Of a DNA stretch of 64,000 bases, positions 47,689 to 57,586 are shown piece after piece. The position numbers and the translations under genes are program-made. The first letter of the stretch is position 1. Every line of letters starts with the position of its first letter. The stretch is taken from the NCBI GenBank assembly GCA_003221455.1, contig QHRX01000009.1, forward strand, positions 10,031 to 74,030, in the 5' to 3' direction. The notes under the pieces were generated by a model. It made no database searches and was not told the DNA's origin. It saw nothing but the letters and a program-made list of their open reading frames with translations. This stretch comes from Candidatus Rokuibacteriota bacterium. GTDB taxonomy: Bacteria > Methylomirabilota > Methylomirabilia > Rokubacteriales > CSP1-6.

Positions 47689-48804
47689 TCAGAGCCCGAC
47701 CGTGTAGCGGGCGAGGCGCGTCTCGTCCACCTCGACGCCGATGCCGACACCGTCGGGGACGAACGCGTAGCCGTCCTTCACGACGAGCGGGCGCTTCACG
47801 ATGTCGTCGGCCAGCCAGCCCGCCGGCCCGACGTGAAAGTCCCCGCCGAGCGAGGCGTTCCAGGTGGCCGCGTAGAAATGCGCGGCGGTCGCGGAGCCCA
47901 CGCTCGTCCCCGGCTGCCCGCCCGGGTAGATCGGAAGCGAGGCCGCCTGGGCGATCGCCGCGATCCGCTGCGCCGCGTAGATCCCGCCGTGCTTGGCGAG
48001 CTTCATCCCGAAGATCGAGGCGGCCCGCCGCCGCACCAGCTCGAGTGCGGACTCCGGCGAGTGCAGGCTCTCGTCGGGCATGATCGGGACACCGGCGAGC
48101 TCGATGAGCCGAGCCATCCCGTCGAGGTCGCCGAGGCCGAGCGGCTGCTCGACGAGCTCGAGCTTGAACGGGGAGAGGTCGCGGAGGAGCGCCAGCGCCT
48201 GATCGAAGCCGAACACGCCGTTGGCGTCGACCCGGAGGCCCACCTCCGGCCCGACGGCGTCCCGGACGGCGGCGACGTTTTCGATGTCCTCCGCCGCGTG
48301 CGCCGAACCGATTTTCACCTTGACCAGGCGGAAGCCGCGGCCGAGCGCCCAGCGCGCCTCATCGGCCATCCGGCGGCGGTCCTGGATCCCGATCGTCCAG
48401 ACGACGGGGATCCGGTCGCGGTAGAGGCCACCCAGGAGCTGGTGGAGGGGGACCCCATACGCCTTTGCGTTCAGGTCGTAGAGCGCGTCGACCACGGCCG
48501 CCTTGGCGTACGGGCTTCCCGCGATCGCCGCCTCCATGTCGCGCACGATACGCTCGACCTCGAACGGACTCCGGCCGATGAGGACGGGCGCGAGGCGCTC
48601 GCGGATCAACGGGACGATCGTGGCCTGCGACTCGGTGCAGCCCTGGAAGCCCTCGAGCGGCTGCGTCTCGCCGAGGCCGGCGAGCCGGCCCGCCCAGAGG
48701 CGCACGATCACGTTGTCCTGGTGCTCGAGCACCCCCGTGGCGAGCTTGAGCGGGATCCGGTTCGGGAGCCGGATCGGGATTACCTCCACGCGATCGATCG
48801 TCAT
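47689..48804 (-). CDS. enolase-superfamily enzyme (mandelate racemase/muconate lactonizing enzyme family)
   Basis: KVKIG... capping/barrel pattern with metal ligands (LRVDANG, ELVEQP, MPDESL). Start at ATG 48804 inside a longer ORF. Confidence 0.8.
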   Translation of the reverse strand: MTIDRVEVIPIRLPNRIPLKLATGVLEHQDNVIVRLWAGRLAGLGETQPLEGFQGCTESQATIVPLIRERLAPVLIGRSPFEVERIVRDMEAAIAGSPYAKAAVVDALYDLNAKAYGVPLHQLLGGLYRDRIPVVWTIGIQDRRRMADEARWALGRGFRLVKVKIGSAHAAEDIENVAAVRDAVGPEVGLRVDANGVFGFDQALALLRDLSPFKLELVEQPLGLGDLDGMARLIELAGVPIMPDESLHSPESALELVRRRAASIFGMKLAKHGGIYAAQRIAAIAQAASLPIYPGGQPGTSVGSATAAHFYAATWNASLGGDFHVGPAGWLADDIVKRPLVVKDGYAFVPDGVGIGVEVDETRLARYTVGL

Positions 48805-48847
48805 TGCGTCACCCGCTCTCTCGGCCCTCCCGGCCGCCGTCTTCCCA

Positions 48848-50110
48848 TCATACGGGCTCCGGTGCGGCTGCGGCGAGGCGGCTCCCCTCGCCGGCGCAGG
48901 CGAAGGGGAAGCCCATGACAACCCAGAGGAGGTCGATGACCTCCGAGTCGCCGAAGTTGTACTCGAAGAGCCCGGCCACGAGGAAGGCGGCCACCGCCGC
49001 GATGCTGCCCGCCACCAGGGCCCGGTCGTCGGCCCGCGCGGGCGGAAGCGCGGTGTAGATGCGCCCCGCGCCGGCGAAGAAGGCGATCCAGATCCAGAGC
49101 CAGGCCCCGAGCCCGAGCAGGCCGTGCTCGGCGCCAATCTGGACGAGGTTGTTGTGCAGGTGGCCAGTGCGCGGCTTCCGCGCGTCTGGGTTCTTGTAGG
49201 CGGGATAGACGCGGTGGACGCCGCCGGGCCCGAGCCCGAGGAGCGGCGCGTCCTCGATCATGCGGTGCCCGGCGTCCCAGAAGTACAGGCGCTCGCGCGC
49301 GGTCGGGTCCTCCGGGTTGCCGAACGAGAGCAGCCGCGTCCTGAGCGCGGAGGGCACGGCAAGCGCCAGGAGGATGCCGAGGGCGAGCGGCGCGATGAGC
49401 CAGAGCCGGCGGCTCCAGACGGTGAGGATCCCGGTCGCGACCGCGAGCCCGAGCCACGCGCCCCGCACGTAGGTGAGCCCGAGGGCCGCGACGGCGGGCG
49501 CACCGGAGACGAGCAGGCTCCGCGCGTGCGCTCGCTGGCCGAACAGCAAGAGCGCGAGGCCGAGCGAGAGCGCGATCATCAGGCTCCCGCCCAGTGTCAT
49601 GTAGATGCTGAAAAAGCCCTTGGCCCGGAAGGGGTGCAGGCGGCACGCCTCGAGCTTGACCCTGAGCGCCACGCCGACCCACGCGGGCAGCGCGAGCTGG
49701 GTCTCGCACGCGAGCGTCTGGACGATCGCGTAGACCGAGACCGCGGCCACCACCGCGAAGAACCGGCGGAGCCCGCGCCGGATCGCGTCACCTCCGGCGA
49801 AGCCGTTCGCCGCGATGAAGAAGAGCGCGAGCCCGATCAGGTGCTTGGACTCGAAGAAGGCGCCCGCCCGGTCCGCCGCCGCCGCCGCCGACACGAGCGT
49901 GAGCGCCGCGAAGGTCAGCATGGGAAGGAGCAGCGGCAGCCGGTACCGCGCCCGCTCGGCGGGGTCGGTCAGCGCGAGGAGCGTCGCGACGATGAGCAGG
50001 GCGAGGAGCGTGTCGATCGCCGTGATCGACACGCTCAACGCCAGGAGGAGGAGGCCGAGGAGGACCGGGATCGAGCGCGCCGCCGCCTGCGCGAGCCAGG
50101 GCGCCGTCAC
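48848..50110 (-). CDS. O-antigen ligase (Wzy_C/WaaL-like) family membrane protein
   Basis: About 11 TM helices and a Wzy_C-like periplasmic loop. GTG start assumed. Confidence 0.6.
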   Translation of the reverse strand: MTAPWLAQAAARSIPVLLGLLLLALSVSITAIDTLLALLIVATLLALTDPAERARYRLPLLLPMLTFAALTLVSAAAAADRAGAFFESKHLIGLALFFIAANGFAGGDAIRRGLRRFFAVVAAVSVYAIVQTLACETQLALPAWVGVALRVKLEACRLHPFRAKGFFSIYMTLGGSLMIALSLGLALLLFGQRAHARSLLVSGAPAVAALGLTYVRGAWLGLAVATGILTVWSRRLWLIAPLALGILLALAVPSALRTRLLSFGNPEDPTARERLYFWDAGHRMIEDAPLLGLGPGGVHRVYPAYKNPDARKPRTGHLHNNLVQIGAEHGLLGLGAWLWIWIAFFAGAGRIYTALPPARADDRALVAGSIAAVAAFLVAGLFEYNFGDSEVIDLLWVVMGFPFACAGEGSRLAAAAPEPV

Positions 50111-50288
50111 GCCTTGAGGGTGATCTGCCACCCCGACAGTATGCACTGATGCCGGGCGCGTGAGTGCGACTGGACCCGGCGGTGGCCAACCCCTCTGTGC
50201 CAACGGCGCTTTGGTGATGCTCACGGCGGCGTCCAGACCTCGCTGGCGCGTCGCCCCGCGGGGGGGGCCGCCGCGAGCCCGGATGCCG

Positions 50289-51404
50289 TTACACCTTCAA
50301 ACCGAAGAGCCTGGCGGCGTTTTCGCCGAGGAGCCTTCGTTTCAGGTCTGACCCGAGGTCCGACCGGCCTGCCACCGTCGAGACCGAGTCGGGGCACATG
50401 CAGTCGAAGTGGGCGTAGTCCGAGGCGTACATGAGCCGGCCGTCCCCGACCCGCGCCGCGACGAATGGCACCGTCGTCTCCTCGGGCTCGATCGTGTAGA
50501 AGCAGCGGTCCGAGGCCATCTGCTCGGCCGGGTCGCGCGTGAGGTGGGGGAGCTGGTCGGAGAAGAGCTCCCAGTGCTCGTGGACCCGCTCCATCAGGTA
50601 CGGGATCCAGCCGCAGCCCGCCTCGAAGACGCCGATCCGGAGCCCGGGGAAGCGCTCGAGCACGCCGCCCGCGAGCATCCCCGCGAAGGCCATGAACACG
50701 TCGGCGCCGTAGAACACGTGCTTGAGGAAGAAGTTGTCGAACCGGTCGGCGCCGACGGTGCGGGCGGAGAGAAGGTGCAGGCACGCGGGGACGCCGAGTT
50801 CCTCGGCCGCCGCGTAGATCGGGTCGAAGCGCCGGGCGCCGGGATCGCGCCCGTCGGGCCAGGTGGGGACCCGCACGGCCACGAGCCCCTGCTCCCGCAC
50901 GGCCCGTTGGAGCTCGCGGGCGCCGGCCTCGGGGTCCTGGAACGGGACCGCGGCGACGCCCTTCAGCCGATCGGGCGCCGCCCCACAGTACTCGGCGAGC
51001 CAGTCATTGTAGGCGCGGCAGGTGGCGAGCGCGAGCGCGGGGTTCTCGACGAGGCCGATCGCGGCCGAGGAGAGGGCGCCGCCGAAGAGGACGGCGACGT
51101 CGATCCCTTCGAGGTCCATGTCGGCCAGCCGCGCCTTGGGATCGGTCATTCCCGGGCGGCCGGTCCACTGGTGGGCGGGCTTGTGCACGGTGATGGGCCG
51201 GCTCCCGCGCCCCCACTTGTCCTCCCAGCGCGGGAAGACCTTCCCCTCGATCGTCAGACGTCCCTGGCCCGACTCATGGCGCCCGTCGGAGATGTAACGG
51301 GGCGCCCAGTCCCCCCAGTCCCCGTCGAGGCGCCTGACCCAGTCGACCCCGGTTTCCTCCACGTGGCCGTCCGCGTCGATGACCGGGTATCCGAGTGAGT
51401 TCAT
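50289..51404 (-). CDS. amidohydrolase-2 family protein (ACMSD-like metal-dependent hydrolase/decarboxylase)
   Basis: VIDADGHV N-terminal metal site. TIM-barrel amidohydrolase_2 pattern with a downstream His and Asp (YASDYAHFD). Confidence 0.8.
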   Translation of the reverse strand: MNSLGYPVIDADGHVEETGVDWVRRLDGDWGDWAPRYISDGRHESGQGRLTIEGKVFPRWEDKWGRGSRPITVHKPAHQWTGRPGMTDPKARLADMDLEGIDVAVLFGGALSSAAIGLVENPALALATCRAYNDWLAEYCGAAPDRLKGVAAVPFQDPEAGARELQRAVREQGLVAVRVPTWPDGRDPGARRFDPIYAAAEELGVPACLHLLSARTVGADRFDNFFLKHVFYGADVFMAFAGMLAGGVLERFPGLRIGVFEAGCGWIPYLMERVHEHWELFSDQLPHLTRDPAEQMASDRCFYTIEPEETTVPFVAARVGDGRLMYASDYAHFDCMCPDSVSTVAGRSDLGSDLKRRLLGENAARLFGLKV

Positions 51405-52119
51405 GCCCGTCCTCCTCCAGCTTCGTCGGCGGTCCCGGACGCCAGTTGTAGGCGCCGGGCCCGCCCCTGTCAAGGTCGCGATCGCCGATTCGGATCCGGC
51501 TCAGTCCGGGTCAGGGCGACCATCCCTCTTCGTGCCCGTTCGTGGCGAGGGGAGCAAGCCGCAGCTTCCGGAATGGGTTCGGCGACGGCAGGACTTTCGC
51601 GTTCTTGCGAAAAAGAGCGCGCCCGGGCGAGCGAAGCACGGCACTCGACCATCCCAATGTTGACTCGGTTGCGGGCCGCACCGACGGGGGAGAACAACGC
51701 GGCGGCGGTCAGAATCCGGAGACCGCGTGCATGGAGGAACCCAGCTGACATTCAGGACGAGACGCTTCCTGGTGGCGACAGGCGTAGTGCTACGTGCGAC
51801 CCTGCGAGGCCTACTGCCATCGTACGTCCAGGGCGTCGACTCGGACCGGCTCCTCAACGCGGACTAAGGATGGCACTGCGCCATCAAGCCCGAAGGAACA
51901 CGATAGATGGAGATCGACGAAACGGTTCGATGGGCTCCCCGGACGGGGACCCAACGGACGAGGGAGAGACTCTCGATACGCGGCATGATCCATCGCCCGC
52001 GGATCCCGAGGCGGCTCGGGAGGGGAGTGCGCATAGTGCGCCGACAGGGGAAGTCGGCTCCGCCGGTGTTGGGAGTGGTGATCGTGGCTGGAACGACGGA
52101 GTGGCGAGGAGACCGTGAC

Positions 52120-52689
52120 ATGAATATCGACGCGCTGGCAGGGAACTGGTGGGCTCTGGCCCTTCGCGGTGTCGCCGCGATCATCTTCGGCCTCCTGGCG
52201 TTCGTCTTGCCGGGCGTCACGCTGGCCGCCCTGATCCTACTCTTCGGCGGCTACGCCCTTGTCGAGGGTGTCCTCAACGTCACCGCCGCCGTCCGAGGCC
52301 GCGGAGACGACCAGCCGTGGTGGGCACTGCTTCTCGAGGGACTCGTCAGCATCGCCGCGGGCATCGTCGCATTCGCGGTGCCGGGTCTTACCGCGCTCGC
52401 GCTGCTCTACGTGATCGCGGCGTGGGCGATCGTGACCGGGGCGCTGGAGATCGTGGCTGCCATCCGACTTCGCCGCCGGATCACGGGTGAGGCCTGGCTG
52501 GCGTTAAACGGCGTCCTGTCGATCGCCTTCGGCGCGCTGACGATGCTCGTACCCGGAGCCGGCGCGCTGTCCCTGGTGTGGTTGATCGGAGCGTACGCGA
52601 TCGCCTTCGGCGCACTCCTACTCGGGCTGTCGCTCCGGCTCCGTCGCTGGCGCGGCGAGGCGGCGGTGCGGATCGCTCGTGCCGCGTGA
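52120..52689 (+). CDS. hdeD: HdeD-family (DUF308) acid-resistance membrane protein
   Basis: Six short TM helices with repeated GxxxIxxG motifs. 189 aa. Confidence 0.75.
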   Translation: MNIDALAGNWWALALRGVAAIIFGLLAFVLPGVTLAALILLFGGYALVEGVLNVTAAVRGRGDDQPWWALLLEGLVSIAAGIVAFAVPGLTALALLYVIAAWAIVTGALEIVAAIRLRRRITGEAWLALNGVLSIAFGALTMLVPGAGALSLVWLIGAYAIAFGALLLGLSLRLRRWRGEAAVRIARAA

Positions 52690-52723
52690 CCCGCGCAAAA
52701 ACCCTTTCGGAACGGAGGAGATC

Positions 52724-53317
52724 ATGACCAGGAAACACGACGGCGCAACACTGACGGAGCGTGCTTGGCCGCTGGCCGTTCATGGAGCGAAGCCGATCCA
52801 GCATTACGGGGCAGTGGCGAGATTACCCATCGCGCTCGATGCCTCGGTCTGCGCCACGAGCGTCGAGAACCTCAACCAGCTTCTGGCCGACACCATGACC
52901 TTGCGGGACTTGTACAAGAAGCACCACTGGCAGGTGAGCGGGCCGACCTTCTATCAGCTCCACCTCCTCTTCGACAAGCACTTCAACGAGCAGAGTCAGC
53001 TCGTGGACGCGATCGCAGAAAGGATCCAGTCGCTGGGCGGCGTCAGCATCGCCATGGCCTACGACGTGGCTGAGATGACGCTGATTCCGCGCCCGCCGCG
53101 TGACCGCGATGAAGTCTCCGTGCAGATTGCTCGGCTGCTTCACGCGCACGAGATCGTCTTGAAGGAGACCCGTGCGATGGCGCGGCAGGCGGCTGAGGCT
53201 GGCGATGACGGCACCAACGACCTGCTGGTCAGCGACGTGATCCGGACAAACGAGTTGCAAGTCTGGTTCGTCGCCGAGCACCTTGGGGACACACCGCTCG
53301 TCGCGCGCGAGGGGTAG
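52724..53317 (+). CDS. dps: Dps family DNA-protection/ferritin-like protein (second copy)
   Basis: HHWQVSGPTFYQLHLLFDKH ferroxidase motif. GGAGGAG RBS. Confidence 0.8.
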   Translation: MTRKHDGATLTERAWPLAVHGAKPIQHYGAVARLPIALDASVCATSVENLNQLLADTMTLRDLYKKHHWQVSGPTFYQLHLLFDKHFNEQSQLVDAIAERIQSLGGVSIAMAYDVAEMTLIPRPPRDRDEVSVQIARLLHAHEIVLKETRAMARQAAEAGDDGTNDLLVSDVIRTNELQVWFVAEHLGDTPLVAREG

Positions 53318-53569
53318 GCTTCCGAGTCGCGAGAAGCTCATCGCGGCTCTCTCCGTTCCCGACGGGCAGGGCCGGATCGTGCGGGTCATTCCGGCGACGG
53401 ACTATCGCCGGGCGACCGAGCCCGCGGGCAACGGGCGTCCCGGGAGGGAGCCCATGGCGACCCGTACGGGGAGAGGTCCGGGAACCCAGGCCAGGACTCC
53501 GCCACGAACTAGGGGCGGGAGCCGAACGTGCGATCTGACGGACATGCGGCACCTGGGGGGAGCGTCGCG

Positions 53570-54175
53570 ATGACGATTACGAGACCGGGGTGGACCTTTC
53601 TGCTGACGCTGTTGGCGAGCGTACTGGTCGGGTCGGCCGGGTGCGCGCCCGCGGTCGCACCGGCTCCGGCCACAGTCCGCCGTATTGCAGTCCTGCCCCC
53701 GTTCGATGCCATGGGAGCTCCGCTTAGTCCGAGGGCGCCCGCCGACCTCGGTGCGGCCCCGACGCTGGGCCTCCGTGCGATCCTCGCGTCAGAGGCCCGC
53801 ACACAACTCGCTCGTCAGGGCTTCGAGGTCGTCGACCCGAACTTCGTGGAGACGGCGACCGGAGGACGAGTGCCGTCGAGTCCCGAGATGGCGGCCGAGA
53901 TCCTTCGGTCGGTGAAGCTCGATGCGGCGGGCTTGTTTATGCGGGTGCGTCGCTGGGAGTTCCCGTATCCGACCTTCCGGACGGACGAGGTCATCGTCTC
54001 GCTCGACGCGCTGCTCGTGGACCCGACGAGCGGCCAGATTGTTTGGCAGGTGCGGCGTCCTGCGAAGCCCGTGCCGTTGCATGGCGTGGCCATCGGCGGG
54101 CAGGCGGACGCCGTGGCAGCGGAAGAGGTAATGAAGGAGGTGCTCGCGCCGCTCGGCCAGCGGTTGCCGTCGTGA
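53570..54175 (+). CDS. lipoprotein (LpoB/DUF799-like), hypothetical
   Basis: Lipobox LVGSAGC, then RRIAVLPPFDA as in LpoB-like periplasmic lipoproteins. Confidence 0.5.
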   Translation: MTITRPGWTFLLTLLASVLVGSAGCAPAVAPAPATVRRIAVLPPFDAMGAPLSPRAPADLGAAPTLGLRAILASEARTQLARQGFEVVDPNFVETATGGRVPSSPEMAAEILRSVKLDAAGLFMRVRRWEFPYPTFRTDEVIVSLDALLVDPTSGQIVWQVRRPAKPVPLHGVAIGGQADAVAAEEVMKEVLAPLGQRLPS

Positions 54176-54266
54176 GCGGCGGATAGAAGGTACTGTTCCC
54201 CGCTCCTTGACGGGGCGTGCCCACACCTGCCGTCCCGAGACCCTGACCGCCCCGCCGGGGCTTCCG

Positions 54267-55136
54267 CTACAGGTGGTGGAGCTTCGGGTCGAGCTCGTCG
54301 CGCAGCCAGTCGCCCACCAAGTTGAAGGCCAGGACCACGAGGAGGATGGCGAGGCCGGGGAAGAACGAGACCCACCAGGCGCTCGCGACGTAGTCGCGTC
54401 CCTCCGCGATCATCGAGCCCCACGCCGGCGTCGGCGGCGGGATGCCCGCCCCCAGGAAGGAGAGCGACGCCTCCACGATGATGACGTAGCCGATCTGGAG
54501 GCTCAGAAGCACGAGCAGCGAGGGCAGGGTATTGGGCAGCAGGTGCACGAGGATGATGCGGCGGTCCGAGCAGCCGGTGAGGCGCGCCTGGGCGATAAAG
54601 TCGCGCTCCATCAACGCCAGCACCTCGCCGTAGACGACCCGCGCGTACCGGGCCCACAGGATGGCGCCGATTGCGATCACGACGTTGACGAAGCTCGGCC
54701 CCGCCGTCACCGCCAAGACCAGCGCGAGCAGGATGACGGGCAGGGCGAGCGTGGCGTCCGTCAGCCGCATGAGCAGGCTCCCGATCCGGCCGCGGTAATA
54801 GCCGGCCAGGAGGCCGACGGCGGCGCCGACCAGCCCCGCCAGCAGCACGGTCACGACGCCCGCCGTCAGCGACACGCGGGCACCGAAGATGATGCGCGAG
54901 AGGAGGTCGCGCCCGAGGCGGTCGGTGCCGAGCGGGTGCGCCCAGGAGCCGTCGGCCGCCCAGACCGGCGGGGCGAGCCGGGCGCGGAGCGACTGCGCGT
55001 AGGGGTCGGCAGGGCTCAGGCGGCCCGCCGCCAGGGCGAGGAGCACGAAGGCCGCGATGATCATGACGGGAATCACCGGCATCCGCCGGAACAGGGAGCT
55101 ACGACGCCAGGCCGATTCGGGGGTCGATGACGGCAT
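54267..55136 (-). CDS. ABC transporter permease (DppC/OppC-like)
   Basis: EAA loop region and 6 TM helices. Real start may be the internal Met (MPVIPV). Confidence 0.85.
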   Translation of the reverse strand: MPSSTPESAWRRSSLFRRMPVIPVMIIAAFVLLALAAGRLSPADPYAQSLRARLAPPVWAADGSWAHPLGTDRLGRDLLSRIIFGARVSLTAGVVTVLLAGLVGAAVGLLAGYYRGRIGSLLMRLTDATLALPVILLALVLAVTAGPSFVNVVIAIGAILWARYARVVYGEVLALMERDFIAQARLTGCSDRRIILVHLLPNTLPSLLVLLSLQIGYVIIVEASLSFLGAGIPPPTPAWGSMIAEGRDYVASAWWVSFFPGLAILLVVLAFNLVGDWLRDELDPKLHHL

Positions 55137-56019
55137 AGAGCAGGTCGACGGCGAAGTTCACGGTCACCACGATGGCAGCGGTCACGAGCACGACGGCCTG
55201 GATGACCGGAAAGTCGCGTCCGGTGATCGCCTCGTAGGCGAGCCGGCCCATGCCCGGCCAGGCGAAGACGGTCTCCACGACGATCGCGCTCGTCACCAGG
55301 ATCGCGAAGTAGACGCCGGCGAACGTGACGACCGGGATCAGCGCGTTCCTGAGCGCGTGGCGCCAGACCACCGACACTTCCGACGCGCCCTTGGCGCGGG
55401 CGGTCGTGACGTACTCCGCGTCGAGGACCTCGAGCATCGCGGAGCGGAGCAGGCGCATGAGCCCGGCGACGACGAACCAGCCAAGGGTGAAACCCGGCAG
55501 GATGTAGTGGGCGAGGCTCCCGCTGCCCCCCGCCGGCAGCCACTGGAGGCGGCCGGCCACGACCTCGATCAGCACGATGCCGACCCAGAACGTCGGGAGC
55601 GACTGACCGAGGGTCGCGAGGACCTTGGCGCCGGAGTCGAGCGCGGTTCCCCTCCGTACCGCCGCCAGCACGCCGAGGGGGAACGCGATGAGCAGGCTCA
55701 CGGCCATCGAGAACGCGGCGAGGGCGAGCGAGTTCGGGAGCCGCTCTCGCAGGAGCTCGACGACCGGCCGGCGGGAGCGGATCGACGTGCCGAAGTCCCC
55801 CGTGGCCGCCCGCCCGACAAAGGTCACGTACTGGGCGTAAAGCGGGCGATCGAGGCCGAGGTACCGGCGCGCGTTGGCGAAGTCCTCCTCGGTGGCGACC
55901 ATCGGCAGGACCAAGGTGAGCGGGTCGCCGGTGGCGCGGGCGAGCCCGAAGATCACGACCGAGAACAGGAGGAGGGTGATCGCCGACTGGCTCAGGCGTG
56001 CCAGCACGAAGCGGAGCAT
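55099..56019 (-). CDS. ABC transporter permease (DppB/OppB-like)
   Basis: 306 aa, N-terminal MLRFVLARL. Typical DppB. Start at ATG 56019 inside a longer ORF. Confidence 0.85.
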   Translation of the reverse strand: MLRFVLARLSQSAITLLLFSVVIFGLARATGDPLTLVLPMVATEEDFANARRYLGLDRPLYAQYVTFVGRAATGDFGTSIRSRRPVVELLRERLPNSLALAAFSMAVSLLIAFPLGVLAAVRRGTALDSGAKVLATLGQSLPTFWVGIVLIEVVAGRLQWLPAGGSGSLAHYILPGFTLGWFVVAGLMRLLRSAMLEVLDAEYVTTARAKGASEVSVVWRHALRNALIPVVTFAGVYFAILVTSAIVVETVFAWPGMGRLAYEAITGRDFPVIQAVVLVTAAIVVTVNFAVDLLYAVIDPRIGLAS

Positions 56020-56023
56020 CCGG

Positions 56024-57586
56024 TCAGCGCTCGGCCACCAGCCCGTCGATGTTGAGGTCGAGCATGACGGAGCCCGGGTCCCAGCGGCTGATCCGCTTCG
56101 AGGTGACGTAGGGGGTATGCAGGTAGACGAGGGGGATCCCGTCGTGGTCGCGCCGGAGCCGCGCGAAGGCCTGCCGCATGAGCTCGTTGATCTTCGTGCG
56201 ATCGGTGGTGGTGAGGATCGCGTCAAGCATCCGGTCGATCTCGGGATCGGCGACCGTGTCCGTGGGGCGGGAGGGCGTGTGGGCGAACTTGTCGAGGAGC
56301 GTGTAGGTGCCGATCCAGTCGCGGTTCGGGAGGTTGTAGTAGCCGACGGCGCCGGGCGCCGTCCGGTCCACCCACTGCTTGCGGAAGGCGGGGTAGTCGA
56401 CGGGGACCAGCGTCGGCCGCACGCCGATCTTCTGCCAGTAGCCCGCCAACGCCTCCGCCATCTCCCTGCCCTCGGGCAGGGCCGGGAGCTGGTAAGCGAA
56501 GATGGTGATCGGGAAGCCGTCCCGATAGCCGGCCTCGGCGAGGAGGGCGCGGGCGCGGGCGGGATCGAAGGGGTACCGCCACTCATCGGGCACTGTGAGC
56601 TTGACGTCACGGAACGCCCAGGTGAGCCCGAACGGAATCGCCGCCGGTTCGGCCTTGCCGCCGAAGATGGTGGCCGCGATCTCGCGGCGGTCGATGGCGA
56701 GGTTCAGGGCCTCGCGGACGCGCCGGTCCCGGACCGGCGTCCGGTCCCAGGGGAGAATCCACCAGAGGTGGAGGAGCGAGTCGTTGTCGCGGTAGCGGAC
56801 GGGGAAGCCGGCCTGCTCCATCTCCCGGACCCGATCGCGGCTCACGTCGGCGATATCGACCTCGCCGCGTCGGACCATGGCCATGCGCGTCGACTCCTCG
56901 GGAATGACCCGGAAGGTCACCGTCTGGTACCGGGGCGTGCCGATCCGCCAGTGGTGCGGCACCGCCGCCAGCCGGACGTGCGAACCGGTGACCTGCTCCA
57001 CGAAGCGATAGGGGCCACTGCCGATCGGCTTCCGGGCGAACTCGTCGTCGCCGACCGACTCGATGTACCGCTTGGGCAGGATCATCCCCTCGGTCGCGAG
57101 CGCGCGCGAGAGATACGGCGGGATGACCAGCGTCGGCTCCCGCGTGACGATCACGACGCGGTCGGGGGCGGGCGTCTCGATCCGGTCGAGGAGGGCGCGG
57201 AGGACGCCCGCGTAGCCTGTGGTCGAGCGCGGTCCGATGGCGCGGAGAATGCTGAACCTGACGTCGGCCGATGTGAGCGGGTCGCCGTTGTGGAAGTGCA
57301 CGTCGCGCCGGAGCGTGAACGTCCAGCGCCGGTGGTCGGGCGAGACCTCCCACGCCGTTGCGATGCCGAGCTCCGGGCTCAACCGGCCGTCGGGGGTGAC
57401 GCCGATCAGGTAGTCGAACATCAGCGCCAGGTAGAACTTCACGCCGTGCCCGCCGAGGGCGGGATCAAGCACCTCGTTGGCGAAGCTCGAGAGCGCCACC
57501 GTGAGTTCTCCCGCCGGTGGGGCCGCGGCCCCCGTGGCCTCTGTCGCGGTGAGGAGGAGCAGCAGGAGCGCCGTGGTCGCGCGCAT
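56024..57586 (-). CDS. ABC transporter substrate-binding protein, family 5 (peptide/nickel/opine type)
   Basis: Signal peptide (LLLLLLTATEATGAAA) plus family-5 SBP body. The start ATG shares its A with the upstream gene's stop (TGATG). Confidence 0.85.
   Translation of the reverse strand: MRATTALLLLLLTATEATGAAAPPAGELTVALSSFANEVLDPALGGHGVKFYLALMFDYLIGVTPDGRLSPELGIATAWEVSPDHRRWTFTLRRDVHFHNGDPLTSADVRFSILRAIGPRSTTGYAGVLRALLDRIETPAPDRVVIVTREPTLVIPPYLSRALATEGMILPKRYIESVGDDEFARKPIGSGPYRFVEQVTGSHVRLAAVPHHWRIGTPRYQTVTFRVIPEESTRMAMVRRGEVDIADVSRDRVREMEQAGFPVRYRDNDSLLHLWWILPWDRTPVRDRRVREALNLAIDRREIAATIFGGKAEPAAIPFGLTWAFRDVKLTVPDEWRYPFDPARARALLAEAGYRDGFPITIFAYQLPALPEGREMAEALAGYWQKIGVRPTLVPVDYPAFRKQWVDRTAPGAVGYYNLPNRDWIGTYTLLDKFAHTPSRPTDTVADPEIDRMLDAILTTTDRTKINELMRQAFARLRRDHDGIPLVYLHTPYVTSKRISRWDPGSVMLDLNIDGLVAER

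Noticed and set aside
51925-51950. GGTTCGATGGG string resembling a tRNA T-loop in the long intergenic gap
   Set aside because: Flanking sequence cannot form a T-stem, acceptor stem or anticodon arm. No tRNA cloverleaf.
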